Both the position numbers and the translations under genes were made by a program. A model generated the notes under the pieces. It was given only the letters and a program-made list of their open reading frames with translations. It was not told the origin of the DNA and did no database searches. Source: Planctomycetota bacterium (lineage in GTDB: Bacteria > Planctomycetota > MHYJ01 > JACQXL01 > JACQZI01). Taken from it: a stretch of DNA of 64,000 nt. Of this stretch, positions 61,200 to 64,000 are shown in pieces (the stretch's first letter is position 1; the number at the start of each line of letters is the position of its first letter). The DNA is taken from NCBI GenBank assembly GCA_016207825.1, contig JACQZI010000005.1, forward strand, positions 108,949-172,948. Direction: 5' to 3'.

Positions 61200-62048
61200 T
61201 TATTTTGCCGGTCGGTGGGAGATGATCTCCTTGCAGGCCGTAATAAATTTATCTACCCGCTCCTTTTGCTTTTCATCCTTTAGGTCTTTTTTGAACTTCT
61301 CGCAGTAATTCAGCCAGTTATCCTTGCCCAAGGTTTTCTCCAATATTTCCAGGGCATTTTCATTCCAGATTTTCTCTACTCTTTCTTTATTAAGAGTTGC
61401 GGCATCTATCCCTCGCTCCTCCAGTGTTTTTTTTAGGTATCGGTCGTCTTTATCCGGATAATAATCGATATTTATAGTATTTTTGTCTTCCCCAGTTGCA
61501 AGATAATCTAATATTTTTCGTGCCGATGAATCTCCGGGAATCTTAGATAGGACATATTTAGCCGGATATTTCTCTGAAAGCGAATCGGACCAATCATCCA
61601 AAAGAGGGTAGATTTCCCTATCGTTTTCAAATAGTATGCGTTTTTCCCCGTCCTGATTAAGGGCAAGATAATTAACAAGGATAGAGGAACAAGAATTATC
61701 TCGACTTTCAAAGGCATTTAACAGATAAATCGCTCGTGATGTAGCTTTTACCCAATTGGGCAGTCTTTTATCTCTGGGTGTTTTTACCTGCTCTTCCAAA
61801 AAATCCTTGCATTTTTCGACAATCGAGAATTTAAGATCCGACAAACCAACATCATTCATAAGAAATGCCAGCATATCTGTTTCTTTGATTTCATCCCTGA
61901 GAGACTTTATGTCATTACCAAACTTTTCTTTTTCCTTCATCCATTTGGGGTCTTCTTGCGATTGCCCATCGGCCTTGATAACCGTATAAACTGCGAACGA
62001 GGCTGCCAGAATGCCTAACAATGCCATTGTTTTAAAAATCTTTTGCAT
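61200..62048 (-). CDS. hypothetical secreted protein (282 aa), AT-rich
   Basis: Signal-like MQKIFKTMALLGILAASFAVYTVIKA. Charged, helical-looking remainder. No family recognised. Confidence 0.6.
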   Translation of the reverse strand: MQKIFKTMALLGILAASFAVYTVIKADGQSQEDPKWMKEKEKFGNDIKSLRDEIKETDMLAFLMNDVGLSDLKFSIVEKCKDFLEEQVKTPRDKRLPNWVKATSRAIYLLNAFESRDNSCSSILVNYLALNQDGEKRILFENDREIYPLLDDWSDSLSEKYPAKYVLSKIPGDSSARKILDYLATGEDKNTINIDYYPDKDDRYLKKTLEERGIDAATLNKERVEKIWNENALEILEKTLGKDNWLNYCEKFKKDLKDEKQKERVDKFITACKEIISHRPAK

Positions 62049-62068
62049 AACTCGTTATCCTTTCTTCT

Positions 62069-64000
62069 CTATGGTTTATATAGCTTTGCATCTGTCGCTC
62101 TTGAAATCTCATCATCAATAATTTCTAATTCCACTAAAATGCTATCCGCGTCTTTAGTGTCTTCTTTAAAAAGCACTTTAATAGGGTTAGGATCGTTTTT
62201 GAATTCCAATTGATCAATAACCTCATCGTTTTTAAGCGCGGTTAGCGTCCACTTATAGGTATTGATTTTTCCGTCTTTATCAAAACTCCCACTTCCATCA
62301 ATATCAATAACCAATTGTTCTTCTGTATTTCTAGAGATTTTCTCCAGCCGAATAATAGGCATTGGTCTCTCGTTAACAACTGCCACTACATCAACTTCAT
62401 CAAACCACTTAGGAGCTTTAGTCGCATTTTCTGCCTTAACGCGAGCTAAAGCAAACGAACTGTTGTGTAAATGCAGAAGGGAAAGTCCAGCATAGGTGTA
62501 CAACTGATTTTCTCCAACAGCATCATTGCCATCACCAAAAGACCACTTAAAAGATGTGTTTACGTCTTGTTGGTTAGGATTAGCCGTAAACTGAATTTTA
62601 GTTTTAAGCTTGGGGTCAGGCCGTTCAGCCTTCGGTGAAACATAAAAAGATAGAGCATTGACTGTATCAATAGTGAGATTGGTTGTTCCTGTGGCAATAG
62701 TATTATCCAAATTATTTGCGCCACCGCCAGCTATCTTTTCCATTTCCCAGCGTTTTGGTTTACTATCTCCCGGATCAACCACTTTTGCTCCGGCACGAAT
62801 GTAATAACCAAAATTATCGGAACAAACCAGGTTGATTTGTGTTCCTAAAGTAACCCAGCCATTAAAATTCATCCGTATAGCTATTTTTGTGTCTATGTCT
62901 AGCTCTGTGGCATCTGAGTCAACGTCAGGAGTGAAACCAGGACCATCAAGAAAATAAATTTTTCCTTGCAGTGGAACTATTGTAGACCACATACTCTTTG
63001 GATTGTCCTTGGAATTACATCGCGCATTGCTGAATGAAACAGAATTATCCGGCTTTATTATATACATTGCTGACCTTAAAACCTCTTGATTAATAATCAG
63101 AGGTAGATTATAATCGTTTGGTTTAACGGTACCAAATATCTCAAATCCAAATTGAACAGAGTTTGTGCGAGTTATGACACCCAAATATGGTTTGCCAAAT
63201 CCTTTTGGATGTTGATAGAATGGCTTGCAAGTATTATCGTTGGAAACTTCAACTTTGTCAAGCCCTTGGGGGATAGGAGTAAATGCAAGATCTACCCAAA
63301 CGACAGTGGCTGTTTGCTTCCCGATTTGTTCGCCATCCGCATTGTTTTTATTAATAACAATGGCGGTGTCACTCATCAATTGGCTTTCTTGCTCGCCGGA
63401 AAGGTCGAAATCAACCCAATTATTATGTTCCTGATTATCCGGCGGTAATACTAACGTAATACTATCGGCAACCGAGTTAGCAGCATTTGAAAAACTTAAT
63501 TTACCGCTGCCATCGTTCTCAGGGGGGGCATTTTTATCAGGAAGATTATAAAGGTAAACAGTTAATTCCGCATTGGATTTGTTTCTTATACGGCAGGGAA
63601 CTTTAGGCATATAAGTCGTTGTCTTTGATTTACGAGGGACAATATAATCGGTTAATCCAGGGGCTTTTTCCTTATTAATCTGCATTTCTACCAGAGATGT
63701 GTCCTGAGTATTCCCGGCATTCGTCTCGTAAAACTTCCCTCCTCCAAATAATGATGTTGTTATTCCTCCGCTCACAACCACGGTTTGGCCATTGCGCGTG
63801 CTTACCGGATACAGCGTGCCTTTCAACGAACTCGCAATATTAACATGATTAGGAAAGTTAACGCTGGCCATCAGCAAGTTACAAGTAAGCTCTATATGGC
63901 CATTGGTCAGGTTGAGTGTTCCGACCGATGGATTCTCTGTATCATTGATAATCGCAATTGCGCCAGTATTTGCCCCATTAACCGTTATTGCCGCTCCCTG
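62069..64000 (-). CDS. large surface protein, C-terminal part with PKD-like domains (N-terminus beyond right window edge)
   Basis: The track starts it at TTG 63877. My translation of 63878-64000 in the same frame has no stop (QGAAITVNGANTGAIAIINDTENPSVGTLNLTNGHIELTCN-LLMASVNF...), so it most likely continues past the edge. PKD-like signatures are FTANPN...FKWSFGDG and IDGSGSFDKDGKINTYKW. Confidence 0.7.
   Translation of the reverse strand, partial: QGAAITVNGANTGAIAIINDTENPSVGTLNLTNGHIELTCNLLMASVNFPNHVNIASSLKGTLYPVSTRNGQTVVVSGGITTSLFGGGKFYETNAGNTQDTSLVEMQINKEKAPGLTDYIVPRKSKTTTYMPKVPCRIRNKSNAELTVYLYNLPDKNAPPENDGSGKLSFSNAANSVADSITLVLPPDNQEHNNWVDFDLSGEQESQLMSDTAIVINKNNADGEQIGKQTATVVWVDLAFTPIPQGLDKVEVSNDNTCKPFYQHPKGFGKPYLGVITRTNSVQFGFEIFGTVKPNDYNLPLIINQEVLRSAMYIIKPDNSVSFSNARCNSKDNPKSMWSTIVPLQGKIYFLDGPGFTPDVDSDATELDIDTKIAIRMNFNGWVTLGTQINLVCSDNFGYYIRAGAKVVDPGDSKPKRWEMEKIAGGGANNLDNTIATGTTNLTIDTVNALSFYVSPKAERPDPKLKTKIQFTANPNQQDVNTSFKWSFGDGNDAVGENQLYTYAGLSLLHLHNSSFALARVKAENATKAPKWFDEVDVVAVVNERPMPIIRLEKISRNTEEQLVIDIDGSGSFDKDGKINTYKWTLTALKNDEVIDQLEFKNDPNPIKVLFKEDTKDADSILVELEIIDDEISRATDAKLYKP

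Overview
This is a bacterial chromosomal segment, transcribed almost entirely from the minus strand. By eye the backbone is about 50% G+C, with three AT-rich islands (roughly 30-38%) at ~1.2-5.1 kb, ~35.4-37.0 kb and ~61.2-64.0 kb.

Core content:
- An rpsQ-to-rplQ ribosomal-protein cluster with secY, adk, map, infA, rpmJ and rpoA (13.0-23.4 kb). It has no rpmD and is detached from the S10 part.
- A PiT phosphate transporter and a porin that share a Pho-box-like promoter architecture.
- ribD, miaB, a K+ channel, a HIT protein, a CBS-GGDEF cyclase and a class III cyclase-TPR protein.
- A heterodimeric ABC exporter, meaB, an acyl-CoA dehydrogenase, an endonuclease-Q-like PHP protein and a NuoG-N/GltD-type fusion oxidoreductase.

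Accessory content:
- A Type II R-M pair chained to small membrane and zinc-ribbon genes.
- A Zn-ribbon plus trypsin-like protease pair.
- A 1765-aa multidomain surface protein coupled to a polyferredoxin membrane protein.
- A secreted protein made of five tandem ~150-aa repeats, and orphan AT-rich genes.

The most unusual signals are non-coding:
- Two ~250-bp arrays of 22-bp tandem units (34967-35208 and 60849-61112), plus a mini-array of three 22-bp TTGTCAA units.
- Dispersed tandem 7/8/9-mer word repeats, some in frame inside genes.
- A GC-rich hairpin (REP/MITE-like) family that also occurs inside the ribosomal operon and apparently inside two coding regions.

I saw no rRNA, tRNA, CRISPR array or intact transposase. 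My lineage guess, at low confidence, is an uncultivated PVC/Omnitrophota-like bacterium. Every call comes from manual reading of the sequence and the ORF track. No searches or computations were run, and G+C values are by-eye estimates.
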